From the NCBI GenBank assembly GCA_047495785.1, contig JBLDXI010000019.1, positions 1,612,001-1,676,000 of the forward strand: a DNA stretch of 64,000 nucleotides, written 5' to 3'. Of the stretch, positions 11,201 to 24,534 are shown one piece after another. The notes below the pieces were generated by a model. It saw only the letters and a list, made by a program, of their open reading frames with translations. It was not told the DNA's origin and did no database searches. The position numbers and the translations under genes were made by a program. Position 1 is the stretch's first letter. Every line of letters begins with the position of its first letter. This DNA comes from Lepidodermella squamata. Lineage: Eukaryota > Animalia > Gastrotricha.

Positions 11201-14200
11201 ATAGATAGAGACGGCTTCGACAATAACGTCTAATATTTACTGTCATCAATTAATTGAGAATTAGGAAAAACCAACCCAGAATGATACTGTGAATGCGTAT
11301 TCAAGTGAATAATACGCTGGCATCTGACTCTGTTGGTAATTTGCGCCGTAGAAGCAAATCGAGTTGCTCGGAAAGTCAGCTGCTTTATATGGCGGAGGAC
11401 CACCCCAGCCATAACCATTGGCACCGAAGCCAAGTACCTGCCCGGAGACAGGACGAACCATATCCAGGAGGTTCGAATTGCATTGGAAAGCTTGGTAAGT
11501 AGCATACACAGCAATGGCCTTGAACTCGTTCGCTTGGGAATCATCAAATTTGCGAAGGCACGTGTGCAATGATCAATTAACTCACCGACGCTCAGCGGGC
11601 AAGTACGCAACATATTGACATGCCGCTGGCTCAGGGCTCGATCGAAAATTTTAATGCAGGCAGCCCGCCCGTTCACTCCACCTACAGAAAGGAACTGTCC
11701 TATGGTAGGGCTGACCAAGCAAGTCGACGAAAGGATTCCACTACTGACAGGATGTCCCTCGATGTAGAATCGCAGCAGTCTTGTAACATGGTCAAAAGTG
11801 AAGCCAACATAGTATGGAACATTCTGGCTAAAGTCACATTAGAAAGTTTCTCTGCAAATCACAGTACTTACTCTTGAGAGTGAAGCTGTGCCCGTAATAG
11901 AAACTACTGATCCCCCGCAGCTAATGAGAACGTCATGGGAATTTGCAGTCCTGAACAAGTTGATACTCCAAGTGGAGTTCGTGCCATTGGTCAGGATCCC
12001 AAAGGTGCAAACTCCAGTCGAACATCCCACATGGTGGAAGAAGGAGAAGGACCTCGAAAGTCTGGTCAGCAGCGTAGTATTGTCAAATCTCAGCGATGCA
12101 GTCGTTGACAGCTGATAGGCCTTATTTGGGAATTGCGCCAGGCTAGTCAAAGTTGGCAAGCCAACAGCTGCAGCATTGAACCCATTTCCACTCTGATCCA
12201 CTAGACCAGTCAAGTCATCAAGATGGATCGAAGAGATTGGGCGCGGAAATTCAGCCCAAGGGCATCTCATGGCTGCGTAAATTTCAGATTTGGTCAAAAG
12301 GCGGTTGTACCACTGCATGCAGAACACTGAAATATCACCGAAACGATTGTCTTGACATGCTGCTTTGAACATCCCGATGAAGAACATGTCTGTAGCATGT
12401 CGTGGAATGTTGATGGTTGCGTAGAAATCAGTGTCGATTTCGCCGTTGTAGTACCATGTTAGCCTGTTTTTAGCCAACTCGAATGTCCAACCGATGTGAA
12501 CCCAAGTGTCGACAGGAAAGCCAGCAGGTTTGTTGCCGATATACGAATAGTCAGAAGCTGCAGATCCTGTTCGAAGCCATCGCCCGTTACTAGAAGAAAG
12601 AAAGAAAGAAAGAAAGAATGAAAGAAAATTCTAAGCATGAGCATTTTAAAACAGACACAAGCCAAATTTGCAGTCCTGGAAAAAAAATCGATGTACATCA
12701 TTTGAAAGAAAAGAAACTCACTCACCCCAAGCTGCTGTGTCCAAGGTATTGTCTGGCCAATTGACTATGTTACCTTCAAAGTACCCCGTCGCACTTTTGA
12801 CCCAAATGAAGAATGAGTGATCCGTCGCGGTGTTTAGAACAGGGTTGTGCGCAGCTCCATACATCATGCCATCCTCAACTTTTTGCACTCGCGATGCTCC
12901 ATTGACTCGCCCGAATGGGTCCGGGACAAACGTGATCGACTGGGAGTAGTAGATGTGGTTACCGTTTCCACTCATGTCCTGACCACGGCTGTAGATGTCG
13001 AAAAGCCATAGCCCGGCCGGGTTAAGTTCTCCCTCCATTATCGGCGTGATTTCGACATAGTCCACTGATTTTGCTGAGCCTAAATCAACCGTGACCGAAG
13101 CTGCCTGTGAAGCACTGGCTACGATCCGGCTACAAGTGTCCGCCCTGCCGTCAATCAACATCGAAACAGGTCGGTGAAATATAGTAAAGTTCGTGGAAAC
13201 TGATGCGCTGGCTTGACTGATCAAATCAGTCATGTAGGACCTAGCATCGACGTCGTAACAGCCCATTACTTCGAGCCGCATGCAACTCAGTGTGCTGAGA
13301 GCTTTTGGCCAGATGCGGATCCATCTGGCGACTATAGGATAGTCGAAGTAATTGGCGAGTGCTTGATTTACGTTAGTATTTCCAGCGAAATCGGTATTCC
13401 CTGCTATGTTTGTCACGTATCTCCAATTCGGGTCTGAATCAGACCGGAACAAAACCGAGTAGGTCGTCACCCACCAAGAGTTCGCAATGCAACCCTGAAA
13501 TTAGGTTTGTGAATAGGTTGTTATAAAATTTATTCCCAATTACTTGAATTATCACGCCTGTAACAATGCGGTTCCGTAAGAAGTCGACCTCAAGATAGGA
13601 ATCGAGACGGCTTGGTGCAAGCTCGGCCCACGATCCACGTTTCGAGTTGAGCCGGGCGTAAAATGGAAAGAAATTATAACCCACAGAATTTGAAGACATC
13701 TGGCTGTCATTCACGTCAAATGATTGAATGCCAAGTGGGACTAGGAAACAAAATCAGTCGATATTATTGCTCAGTTCGATCAAAATCAGTCGATAGAGAT
13801 CAGGAAAGGTTACCTCGGCAGAAGGAGTTGCAGCCAAACACCGAAATTCGCATGCACGGAAAGCCGTTCCACGTCACAGCCCAGAACCTTACAAAACGAG
13901 TGAGAAACGGCCGCCAAAGTCGGTTTGTGGCCACTGAAAGCCGGTCGGTATTTCCAGTGGAGATCTACATATCATGTGTTGAACAAAAGACTGTTATCAA
14001 TAAGAGGTTAGGATTCCTACTATATCCTGGCCATTCTGACCCTTGTAACGGAACCAGTTGACGCCAGCTGGATCTAAGCTGAATTCGAGACGATACGTTG
14101 TTACCCAATATTGAGCTGTATCTCCACCGGATGTTGCGACCTGAGAAACCCATCTAGGAAAGCCGAGGTCGACTTGAAGGTAGCAGTTGGTAGTGCATCC

Positions 14201-14880
14201 ACAGCCACACCAAGCATACTGCGTTGCGTTGACTCTCGCTGACCAGGGTTGCTGGACAAAAATTAAAGGATCCCGCCTTCAAAGGCTCCATCATAAGACT
14301 TGATGCTTACCTGTAAGTTGTTGGCGCAGGTTCCTGCAGCTGAAAAGGCCGATGTTGGCAGTTCGTTATTAACCAATCCGAACTCAAATTCAGTGTCACA
14401 GTTGACTGGTTGAATGTACGGCAGTTGCAAATCTCTCATATATATCGAATTGTTGATGCTTTTCATACTGCCCTTGCCGCGGCTTAACTGCGGGTAATTT
14501 TTGCCACTGGTTTTCAGCACCTTGACGTAGACATCTTTCGTCGGACTGTTTGTCATGTTGAATGCAGTGCCGTCGCCATATGCATCCAGAATATCGCAAC
14601 TTTTCGTCGCAGTGTCATGGACTGTTGTCAGGCAGTTGCGATTCGCTGAGCATACAGCCATACAATGCGATTTACCCACCACGGATGTCTCGACTGAGAG
14701 TCTGGAAAACAAATCAGATTATGAATACACAGTGTTACAGGCCTAACAACTCGCAAACCTATGAGCGGTGTAAGAGTCACCGGGAATTACCGTCACAAGA
14801 TTCTTCCCGGAATATGTCTTGAACACTTCGGCCGCATTTATTAGGCCAATCAGAAAAAACGAGAACGTCACCTTAATCAT
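8291..14880 (-). CDS. Secreted multidomain lectin-like protein, copy 2 (SP, PAN, 2x F5/8C, F-lectin-like N-half, 3x LamG-like, 2x F5/8C, F-lectin-like C-half, F-lectin-like)
   Basis: ATG at 14880 (MIKVTFSFFLIGLINA); stop at 8291; AATAAA at ~8163 on the minus strand. The GT-AG junctions I checked join in frame (e.g. AHR|LSVETS, GCD|VDYDT, NDMT|ETQ) and include a ~19-nt microexon near 12660-12678. Motifs WWQAQL..ITKAAIRG, RFYPQDF..GRFGVRGC, WYHFAYV. Confidence 0.8.
10767..11230. mobile_element. MITE-like intronic insertion with ~22-bp imperfect TIRs
   Basis: Left gacggttattttcgaagccgtct; right agacggcttcgacaataacgtc. Internal repeats of aaagYYgacttt(at). Absent from the ~50-bp orthologous intron of copy 1 (~185-234). 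No clear TSD. Confidence 0.7.
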
Positions 14881-15399
14881 TGTTTTTTTCGCTTTTCGCA
14901 ATGATGGGAATTTTCTGTTTTGCCGCATCTATCTTCTCACCTCGAAGCGCGGCGGTTATATCGATCAGATCAGCGCGCGTTCCGTCTGAAAATCGTCATT
15001 CCTTTTACAACACCATCTAGAAATTCGCACTTGGAAGTGCGAGGCGTTCATTGTGGTCTATGCATTAGAAGAAGTACTCACGCATATTCTCTCGGAAGGA
15101 ACTCGAAGAGGCTGTAGAGCAAAAATGATGGGGAAAATGGAAGGCAACTTCTCACACCTTTGTATTCAACTCTTAGCAACAAAACGTTGTTTTCGCCAAT
15201 AGCGTAATAGATAAACAAGGCAAAGGTTCAGCCCAGATTCAGAATTGCTAAGTTACAGTATCCGTTTGGTGTTACCCTAGATGCGCAACTATAAGCACGC
15301 TCATACGGCACGTGCCGTCTCAGCAACAAAACGCGTGTGTATTTACAACACGGCTATAGGTCTTATTTTTGAGTTTTCAAAATCAAGTTATATTTCAAA

Positions 15400-16136
15400 A
15401 TGAAGTGTGTCGTTTGCCCCGCTATATTTCATGACGGCCGTGGTTTAGCTAACCACCATCATTTTAAACATGATTTGAGCGCTGTTCATCAGGTACAAGA
15501 GATACGCGCAAATAATGCAAATATTGCTGAGCCAGAAGTCAACATCGTAGCGACTATTACTATCAACAGCAACGCCGCGGACCAGGTAACACCGAAAGCA
15601 GCTCGAATTAAGTTCTTGGAAGCGAGGCCTGTTGCAAACGGAAAATCGCAACAACATCAACAACAACAGTAGCAGCAGCGGGGAGTCTAGCGAGGAAGAG
15701 GCCGTAGTCGATGATGAGCTACCGGCAGAAGAGCCTTCCGATCCACAAGCCTACGTTATTTATTGGGGCCAACTCGGCGCTGAGGGTACCACCAAAGGCC
15801 AGCCGCTACTCTGCCACCTTAATTTTCACTGGCCTAGATCGCCTGCGTGTGTGCGAACGCTTGTTTGCTGATGGGACATTTAAGGTAGGTGGGCCGGTAA
15901 TCCTAATCCTAATCCCACTTACCTGTTTACTTTACAGATTGTCCCCATGCAGTTGTCGCGTACTAACAACGGCGCCGAGGGATTCAATTAAAAGCTAAAC
16001 AAACGAGCCAAAACACCGCATCAAAACGTTTGGCGGCTGATCGATCTGTTGAAGGAGGAGGAAAGCGAGGCCCAGGCCAAAGTGCTCCAGGCTGCCGTGC
16101 CCGGCCCTATCACGAAGCGCTCGAAGAAATACTAGG
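15400..16136 (+). mobile_element. Degenerate Mutator-like (MULE) transposase remnant
   Basis: N-terminal CxxC..HxxxH; RLFADGTFK, then a GT-AG intron, then IVPMQLSRTNNGAEGFN*KLNKRAKTPHQNVWRLIDLLKEEE (typical MULE motifs). Catalytic middle deleted; frameshifts and an in-frame stop. Confidence 0.8.
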
Positions 16137-16269
16137 AAATTAACGTCAATTAATGCCGCTGCTGTTGAGGAATTCATGGCTGGTCACCGTAATCAAGACA
16201 CGGTTTACGCGGTCTTAGACAAACTTAGTGGTCTTATTCTAGGCATGAAACCCATGAAAGTCCAAAGGA

Positions 16270-16990
16270 TAAAAACTCCATTTTTTTGGCGCACTTTTTT
16301 CGAACAGAGTGGCTATTCGTACATATATATGTACGTCATTTTGGCTATTCGTACATATATATGTACGCGAAAATGGCTATTCGTACATATATTTTTGGAA
16401 AAAAATTGAACTGATGCCATGTGTACAATTTTTGAGATAACACGTTGAATTTTTTACTACAGATCGGAAATTGGGTGAATTTAGAACCCTGAAATTTTCA
16501 GCTCCGTGGGCACATCCCTAAGGAAACTAGAGGGGTAAATGATGAAGCGGTTTTAGGCCCATCCCGAAAGGTAGGTTTGTCCCAGCATGTCAATCTTTTT
16601 GGCACAACTTCTGCACAATTAGGCGCATCTTCCCCTAAATTCTCAAGTCTCTGTGAGCTACCGTTAAAATTCAGCATCGAATTCAATATCAGCGAAAAAT
16701 GAGCTGTAAATATGTACGAATAGCCATTTTCGCGTACATATATATGTACGAATAGCCAAAATGACGTACATATATATGTACGAATAGCCAAAATGGCGTA
16801 CATATGTATGTACGAATAGCCGCACTCTTTTTCGAAATTAGCATTTTTCACTGGTAAACCTTAAAGCCCAAATTCTCAGCAATTCTGATGACTATCAACC
16901 TATTTTTGATATCGTTCGACTCCTCGTTAATTGATCTTGAAAGCGAAATTAAAATCTCGAGATGCCAAAGTTTTTGCCAAACCCAACTTA
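16270..16990 (-). repeat. Dispersed repeat family, copy a (interrupted by the MULE MITE)
   Basis: Reverse complement matches 22555-22760 and 39000-39200 (e.g. gagtcgaacgatatcaaaaataggttgatag). Confidence 0.7.
16306..16828. mobile_element. MULE-type MITE with TIRs built of ~31-bp tandem units and a 9-bp TSD
   Basis: Ends agagtg...cactct; unit ggctattcgtacatatatatgtacg..atttt about 3x on the left and 4x inverted on the right; flanks ttttcgaac (16297-16305) and ttttcgaaa (16829-16837). Confidence 0.8.
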
Positions 16991-17326
16991 TCACTTATCA
17001 ACTTGTCGATTTGCCTTAAAAATTTGAAAATATTGAAAACTTGCCTTCAACCTTAAAATTATCGCGGCTTGATAGCCTACGATTCTAAACTGAAACACGT
17101 GTTTAATACTCCAGCGGAACGGGTGAAATAGTTAAGTGGAGTGGAGATTTTCCGGGATTAAAAATGTTAACGAACGAATTTCATCGGGAAAATATCGGCT
17201 TTTCTTTACTACTTCAACTATAAAATTTCCAATCAAAAAATTTGAATAATGTCTGCGAAAAAAATGCAAGTTAAGTTGATTAATATAATATATTGTGCTC
17301 ACGGCAATTAAAATTACAAGCCATCA

Positions 17327-19124
17327 TCACTGTTTACGAAGAGGTCTCTGGATGAGAATATTTCCAGCTGCTCGAGTCGGCGATAGCAGCTGCTCAAGGG
17401 CTCGATTTTTCGAGTAATCAAACGCAGTGAAGCCCGCGTGGTTTTTCAGCCCGAGATCCGCGCCAAATTTCAACAACACCTTGGCCATTTCGGCATCGCC
17501 ATTTTCAGCCGCCCACATCAGAGGCGACATCCTATTAGCATCGTGCTGCGAATTTACAACCATCGCGGCTATTTTCGAATTATTTATCGTCTCGAGCATT
17601 TTCCGAGCCGAAGTGACATCGCCCAATTTTACGTATTTCAACAGGTAGATTTTGTTAATTTGCAACGAAAGTCCTTGAATAATGTCCGGGAGCAACAGAC
17701 GGCATTTAGGATTAGGCTCGAAAATTAATGGCAATAAATTCGCTATCGATTTCGAGTGGCGACCAGCCGTCTGAATCGGACTTGGCAGGCCCTTCGCGAT
17801 TGAATTTAACACGTCGCCAGGGCAAGTTCCCGGGAATGGCACCTGAATTGTCATGAGTTGGTACAGCACACAGCCAATGGCCCAAATATCGGCAGTTCGG
17901 CCGTTTGTAGCCTTCAGGCTCCAGATTGTCGTGCATTTGAATTCGTTGTCGCTTTCTAGGGCGATTGCGTTCACTTCGGGTGGCTGGAATTGCCAATCGC
18001 CGACGTAGTAACTGCCGCCGTGAGCGAAACACCTTTAAAAACAAGGTCAAGAATATTCTTCAGAGTAAAAGGCAATTAATCAATTTTGATAAATTAAATT
18101 AAATTAAAAATTAATCTCCGGTTATTACATGGGCTACGATATATATATTCTACACCTTGAAACTTAAAAAAATCGAAATTCGAATTTGACCCGAATTTCT
18201 TCCGATTTTTTACAAATTCTAGATGAAGTTCATGAAAACAAATTTACTCCAGATGTTTTGTCATTCCGAAATTGCAGAGTTTGATCCTCTCCGGTTTTGG
18301 TCCCAGGATGAAGATATTCTGAAATATAGGAAGGCTTCAGTCATAGTGGACTTTTTATCCATAAAATTAGGACCTTTGGCCTAACGTCGCAGTGATAGAT
18401 AGGCGGCTTACAAGAGTGAAGAAACTCAACAGCCAAAGCGAGCTGAAATGCAAACCTCAGCGTTTGCTTTTCACTGAAAAATCCTTTCGTCTTGATTTTA
18501 TCGTTTAATCGATGCAATAGACTTTCTATCATTAGAATAAATTTGAATTATTTGAATAATTTTAAATAATTCAAAAATACCTCCAGGGCAATATTCAAAT
18601 TCCAGGACGATTTTACGACTATTTTTAACTGGAATAATTATTTTTTTAATTAAGAGTTGTCAAAAAATCAGTTTTAATACCTTCGAAAAAATCGAGCAAT
18701 TTAATCACGTGATCGTGGTTTGGAATATTTTTCAACTTCCGAACTTCCTCCAACGCGTTTTCATAATGGCAATGATGTTTGAAGCATCGCCCGATGAGAA
18801 AATTTAGTTTCCTAACAACAACAACCTGTCCATTCTCGCCGTGGTGTTTTACGAGGTAGACATTCGCGCATCTCGAGCATCGCCCACGGCCTATCAATTG
18901 CTTGTTGTACCAATCGAATCGACCTTCAACCAGCTTTCTAAGCTCCCTGTCCGAGCTTTTTGATCGAGGAGTTATTGGCCGAGGTGTCCTGGGCGTTGAA
19001 GGGGGTAAAACATTCGTCGGTGAATAGGGACGTGGGGTTCTTGGTGACGAGACCGCCAGCCTCGTAGTTCGAGGTGTTCGTATCGCATTTGCATGCCGCA
19101 AATCGTATAAATTTAGTGTAGCCA
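17327..19124 (-). CDS. NEK-like (probably pseudo-)kinase domain + C-terminal ankyrin repeats
   Basis: 5 exons splice in frame: MATLNLYD..GRGRCSRCANVY..VVVRK..|..EFEYCPG|E..YHCDVRPK|NIFI..KLCNFGMTKHLE|CFAHGGSYYVGDWQFQPPE..ADIWAIGC..SPLMWAAENGDAEMAKVLLKFGAD. Confidence 0.8.
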
Positions 19125-20160
19125 TTATATAAAAATAAAAAAAATCACTCAAACGCCGTAAAAGTTTTTACTGTGAGTAGAGACCTTATCGATAGTAATA
19201 TTAATATGCTGAAAAAACTGTTTTGAGTGTCCCTCAATGGCGCGATCGCGACAAAAAACCAACCGTCTTTCTATAGGTGTGACCTGCGGCGACGCATTGA
19301 CCTATTTTTTTTATTACAGTGCAAAAGGAATATTGCCCTATATTTAATATGCCATAATTTTTTCATGTCACTCAAATTGATGAACGAGGCGGATAATATC
19401 CGTAATTAGCTTGTTAGTTGTGGTCTATTTTCAAGTCATTTCAAATTATTCAGTGACAACACCGTTTTCAATCATCGTGACCTTAAAAATTTAGTTCAAA
19501 TGTGTTGAATAGTTCCATGATTAGCTGGCAGTTGGGACTCGATACAATCAGGTGGTGCAAGTAATAATGACTCGAATACGTGGTGAAATATTTCGTGACT
19601 AACTATAGGATTTCCGATGAAATCAGTATTTTTGAACGTTCAACTTCTACAGGATTCACGTAGGTTGCAGGTCCGGTTTGTTAATCACGATGACAGCGGG
19701 CAATTTCCGTAATGGAAGGTGACCTAGAAGATATTAATAGCTTCAATTGACTGATTATCAGAAGCCACCCATACAGTTAAATGTTGGGTCTTACTTTTTG
19801 CGGAACTGAATTTTCATAATTAAACCGTCTAAAGATGCTTTTTGAAAATTGAGTAATTACAGTAAAATGTTCAGGTAAACGCCTAATCAGAACGTCTAGA
19901 ACTATGGCGCTCCCTTTCGCTAAAAAATATTTTTCCAAAAAACAAGCAACAAAGTTTTTTTTATACAAAACATGTTTATTTCTAAAATTCGAAATTCCTC
20001 GCCTATATTGAAGTAATTCATAAAAAATAATTTTCAAAGATAATATAATAGAAAATAGAAAATAGAGTAGAAATCGGCGACCAGCGTTGAAGACGGTTTA
20101 AACCGCTATAAAGTAGAATATAAGTTGAATATAATAAAATTTTCCATCTGCGGTGGAATG

Positions 20161-21105
20161 TCAGCATTCTCGATCACTGGTAGCGTCGTTAGTCTCATCG
20201 GCGTCGATGAGATCGAAAATAGCCGCCGCTGAACTGTGACGACCGTCGAAAGCGCTCATGCAAGTCAGGCCACTTTCGTCAAAAATCACGCGGCTATTTT
20301 CGATAAGGAATTGAGTTACCTCAATCTGCTTATCGATTTCATTCAGTGATGAAGCTGAAGCTGTTAGAGCCGCTCCGCCGAATATATTCGGCGCCCAAAC
20401 TTTCGCCAGCGATTCGGCTGTCATTTTCGTCGCTGATTCCCGCTCTAACAGGTGACCAAGGTGGCCAAATAATTTCGCGCATAATTCCCGATTTTCGGCT
20501 GGAATTTTCGCAATGGCGGATTTAAGCGCTTGAATTTTGTTCGATTCATCGCTGCTTGATTTTTTGAAATTTTCCAACAGATTTTTTCGCCCGTTTTTAG
20601 TGACCAGCGGCTCGGGTAGAGAGCGGATGTATCGTTTTAAGGTGTCTGCAACGCAGCGAGCATCAGTGCGCATGTCGCTAGTTGGCATCGAGCCAATTTC
20701 GAAACAGGCTTGCAGCTGGTTAATCGCAGCGCATGAGCCTGATTTACGGTAGATGCCCTCCAACTCGGCGCTATCGGCCGCTTCGATTTTATCGATGCAC
20801 CACGCTACGATTTGGTCGCGTGACATTAAGCCGTGCGTGACGCTCGCTTTTCGACTCCGCCCACTCCCGGCGACTGAATCACTGCGTGCGTTGCGTAATA
20901 TCATCTTTCGAAATCGCTGATGATAACGCATCGGTTGGTCGCTGACGCTTCGGTTCAGTTCGTTGGCAGCACTCGAATTATTATTCATCATCGATCGATT
21001 TTTCTGCTTGAGTGAATTTATACCGTCGACGGTGATTTTCAGCATGTTGAACAAAGCTCCGCACTCGCGAAAGCGAATATTCGCGCCTTGATCGAGGCTT
21101 TCCAT
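20161..21105 (-). CDS. RhoGAP-domain protein (intronless)
   Basis: WCIDKIE..EGIYRKSG (Arg finger)..VADTLKRYIRSLPEPL..LFGHL..MTAESLAKVWAP. Confidence 0.85.
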   Translation of the reverse strand: MESLDQGANIRFRECGALFNMLKITVDGINSLKQKNRSMMNNNSSAANELNRSVSDQPMRYHQRFRKMILRNARSDSVAGSGRSRKASVTHGLMSRDQIVAWCIDKIEAADSAELEGIYRKSGSCAAINQLQACFEIGSMPTSDMRTDARCVADTLKRYIRSLPEPLVTKNGRKNLLENFKKSSSDESNKIQALKSAIAKIPAENRELCAKLFGHLGHLLERESATKMTAESLAKVWAPNIFGGAALTASASSLNEIDKQIEVTQFLIENSRVIFDESGLTCMSAFDGRHSSAAAIFDLIDADETNDATSDREC

Positions 21106-22554
21106 ATAAAAAGTAAAAATAACAAGACTAGCTTTTCGCCTTGATCAACAAGACTAAAAATAAAGAAAAAATTAAACGTTAAATTTCGAAAAATCATCTC
21201 AGCAAAATGTCTAAATCGAGTTGCGAGTAAAAAGGACATCCTTCACTATCAATTGGATCAGACATGGGTCTTGAGGAAAAAATTATAAAATTGGCGCAAT
21301 TTTGTGGCTAAATGACGTAAATCCAGGAACAGTTTTCTTACTGACGTGAATGCGGGGTAAATTTGGCAAATAATTATGAAGATAATTGGCAGAATTCGAA
21401 AATTATTAGCTGCTAAAAAACTTCAAGGTACGGCGCACCTCCACGAATTTCAAAGCTGCAAGCTAGCTGAATTTAGCAGTGATGTTGTATCGAATTTCAC
21501 AGAGGCAAAAGTCGTGCTTTCGCATCTAACGGGTGATAACATTTCTTGAGCATTTATATTTCGATCGGATTATTGATAATAATAATATATATAACGCATG
21601 ACACATGACAGCAGGGCGGAGGGATGAGGGAGCGCGCGCGCGCGTGTTTTTTTATTAAATTAAAAGCCTATAGCCGTATCAACATCAGCACGGCTGTTCG
21701 ATATTGATTATCAGCGTGTGACTAGATTTGTCATTCGCATTTTATAAAAAAAAATCTCGTGCTGATGAAACGCTGAAAACAAGCGGAACGAAACGATGGA
21801 TGTTTTGCTCCGGTGCGCTCACACCGTGCGCATGGACTCGGGGAAATGTAATTTGCCTCACACATGACAGACACCGCGCACTACTTATTTTGGCCATAGC
21901 TCAATTTAAACAGGTGACAGTTAATAAAATATAGCCTGTGTCGAGTGTGTCAAAAGTGAGGTTTTAATCGAGCGTGTGAAATTAAGTTGAAGCGATATCT
22001 ACGACAACACGAAGCAAGACTCGTCACGAAATGTGCCAAAACGTTAGAAAAAAATGGTGAGTTTTTGTTTAAAAGCGAAGAGTGAAAGTAGAATATATTC
22101 GCGAATTTTTACGTGGTCATACGGGTTAATGAACAAGATAATATAAGTGCTTGGGCAACTGCGCTATGAAATTTACATTTGAGGTATCAATTTCGAGTTG
22201 TTGCAAAATGAGCGAAAAGTAGGCTACGGCTAATTATGTTTTTGTTGCACCCGAAGTTTCGCGAAGTTAAATGATTGCGTGATGCGTGTTTTGTATTTCT
22301 GGCGAATTTGTCATGGTAATTGGAAGTATCAGTTTCTCCTGCAATGGTCACTACAAATTGACCTATTTTTGACAATGACAACTAATTGAAGCTATATTAT
22401 CGAAGATCATGTTTTTGCACAGAATTGTTCGATGTTTCTCATAATTTGATTGTTCATAGGGTGAACAACAGCTTGGAGCTTGGAGAGCAAATTTGGGACT
22501 AAGGTAACTAAGAAAATTAGGCGCATTTAGGCATTTGATTTCAATGATCGAAAA

Positions 22555-22880
22555 TGACCGTTAAAAAGTGAAAATTGGGAAAATTGGTTAGGCGAAATTT
22601 TGGACATTGTGAGATTTTGATGCCACTTTAAAGGTCAACGAACCAGGAGTCGAACGATATCAAAAAAGGTCGATGGTCATCAGGGTTGCTGAGAAAACGG
22701 GCGTTAAAGTTTACGGGTGAAAATTTCGAAAAATGCGCAGTTCAAAAAGTGTAGTTTTTTATTGCAGCAATCAATAATGCCCCACGCAAAAATGTTATTT
22801 TCGTATTCGCATTGGGAATTTTTTGGGGTAACCTGAAGTGAGGAATCTAGCTAGATATTCAAAATTGTTGATGGAATCTG
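22555..22880 (+). repeat. Dispersed repeat family, copy b
   Basis: Shares gaccgttaaaa.gtgaaaattggg, gtcgaacg.tatcaaaaa.aggt and gggta.cctga.gtgaggaatctagcta.atattcaa with 39000-39385. Confidence 0.7.
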
Positions 22881-24534
22881 CTTCGACCTAAATCGATAAG
22901 CATTTTTGGCAACACTTTAGGGTTTTCCGTCTTTTATAAGGAGGATAGGAGCCCTCTATAGAGGTATGGAATTACTAAAATGAAAATTCCTGAAGAAAAA
23001 TGGTGTGGGAGAATCTAATAATCGTCCCTATTCAAGTCAACACACAACTCTTAAGATTTTCTGGACAATACAGAAAATTCACCCACTTTTCACTTGCTAA
23101 AGATCAAATGAAAATGGCAATCTTTTTGGCTGGAAATTATTTGAGCAAAAATATACTGAAACGAACTGGGTATAAGAGATCCTCTTATATCCGATTTTGT
23201 ATGCTGGATACAAAGACATGGCAAAATTAAGTTCAGGTCTTAGAGCCCTATATTAAATGTTGAATATCAGTCTATATTTCTTGGAAAATGAGTGTTTTTG
23301 TTTGAAAATCGAGCCACAATTTCTAAGCGCGCTACGACAGCTTGTCAACTTCCTACGACCTCACACGGAGACGTTCGGGGGACATTTATATAAACTTAAC
23401 GACGGAGAAAATAATGAAATCAAGCAAGGTTTGGCTGCCTTAACATGCTTAACAATTTACAAAAGCTCGCAATATATGATATAAAGGAAAAACCGAGTTC
23501 ACAATGAATAATTTGACGGAATCCTTCGACAGGATAAGAATATCAGAGCCAAGTTTGCTACGGTTTTCGTTTAAAATTAGGTCTTAGATGGCTATTCGAG
23601 GGTCAATTTCCCGATATTCAAATTTTTTTTAAGGAGTTTCAGGTGACAAATAAAATTATCTGAAAGTATAATGGCCAAATATATGGAATAATTGAAGACA
23701 CATTTTGGCCGTCGGATAAAATTCGTCAAGTTGTCCACGCGATAAAGGCCCAAAAATGAAGGCGATAAATCGTTACAGCCGTGCGTCATCATTTTTTTTT
23801 ACGTCAATAGAAAAAGCGTATAAACAAAAACGGCTTAACTTGGCTCCTGTCACCTTAAAACCGAAATGTATAAACAAGTCTGACTCCATAGCGCTCATTC
23901 CGCTTTAGCCGACTTAATTATTCAACGCCGCCTTAAATATTTAAAAAAGCGCTCGCTGGAATGCATGTGACGGCGGTGTGTGTCCCGCTGCGGCGGCGGG
24001 TACGTCGTCGATTCGAGCAGAAAATCGGATGCGCTTTTTGCGTCATTTCAGCATCAGCGGCGCTGACCACATAGCTGTCACGCGGAAGCAGAGAGAAATG
24101 ATCAGATGATGAACACGGCGCGTGGATTTTGTCCGCGATTCGCGTTCAAAAGTGATTTATTTTACGACATCACGACTCATCATCGCATCAGTAGTGGTGG
24201 GTCGATTATTTCCGCATTTTCGCCTGTGAGATACCGGCATATTTTTCCCACGCGTAATTTTTGTATCTTTCAAACAATAAAACACGCATGACTAATTCCT
24301 TACATACTGCGGATAAGTATTACCAACACATTATTCATATAATATAGCGAATAGTGTACTTACTGAAATAAAATAACAGAAATACTACCCCACGTTTGTT
24401 TGCCTTCAGATGCTACTAGTATATGTAAGTAATCTCAGGTGTAAGGTAGAAAAAATGCAGCATAACAGATGACTCACCCAGCCTGTTTAAATAGCGCGAG
24501 AAATTCCGCCTTTTTTCCAATTTTTCCGTAAAAA

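Noticed and set aside
18127-18156. Possible mini-exon in the kinase intron
   Set aside because: Contains an in-frame TAG; skipping it gives a normal-length activation segment.
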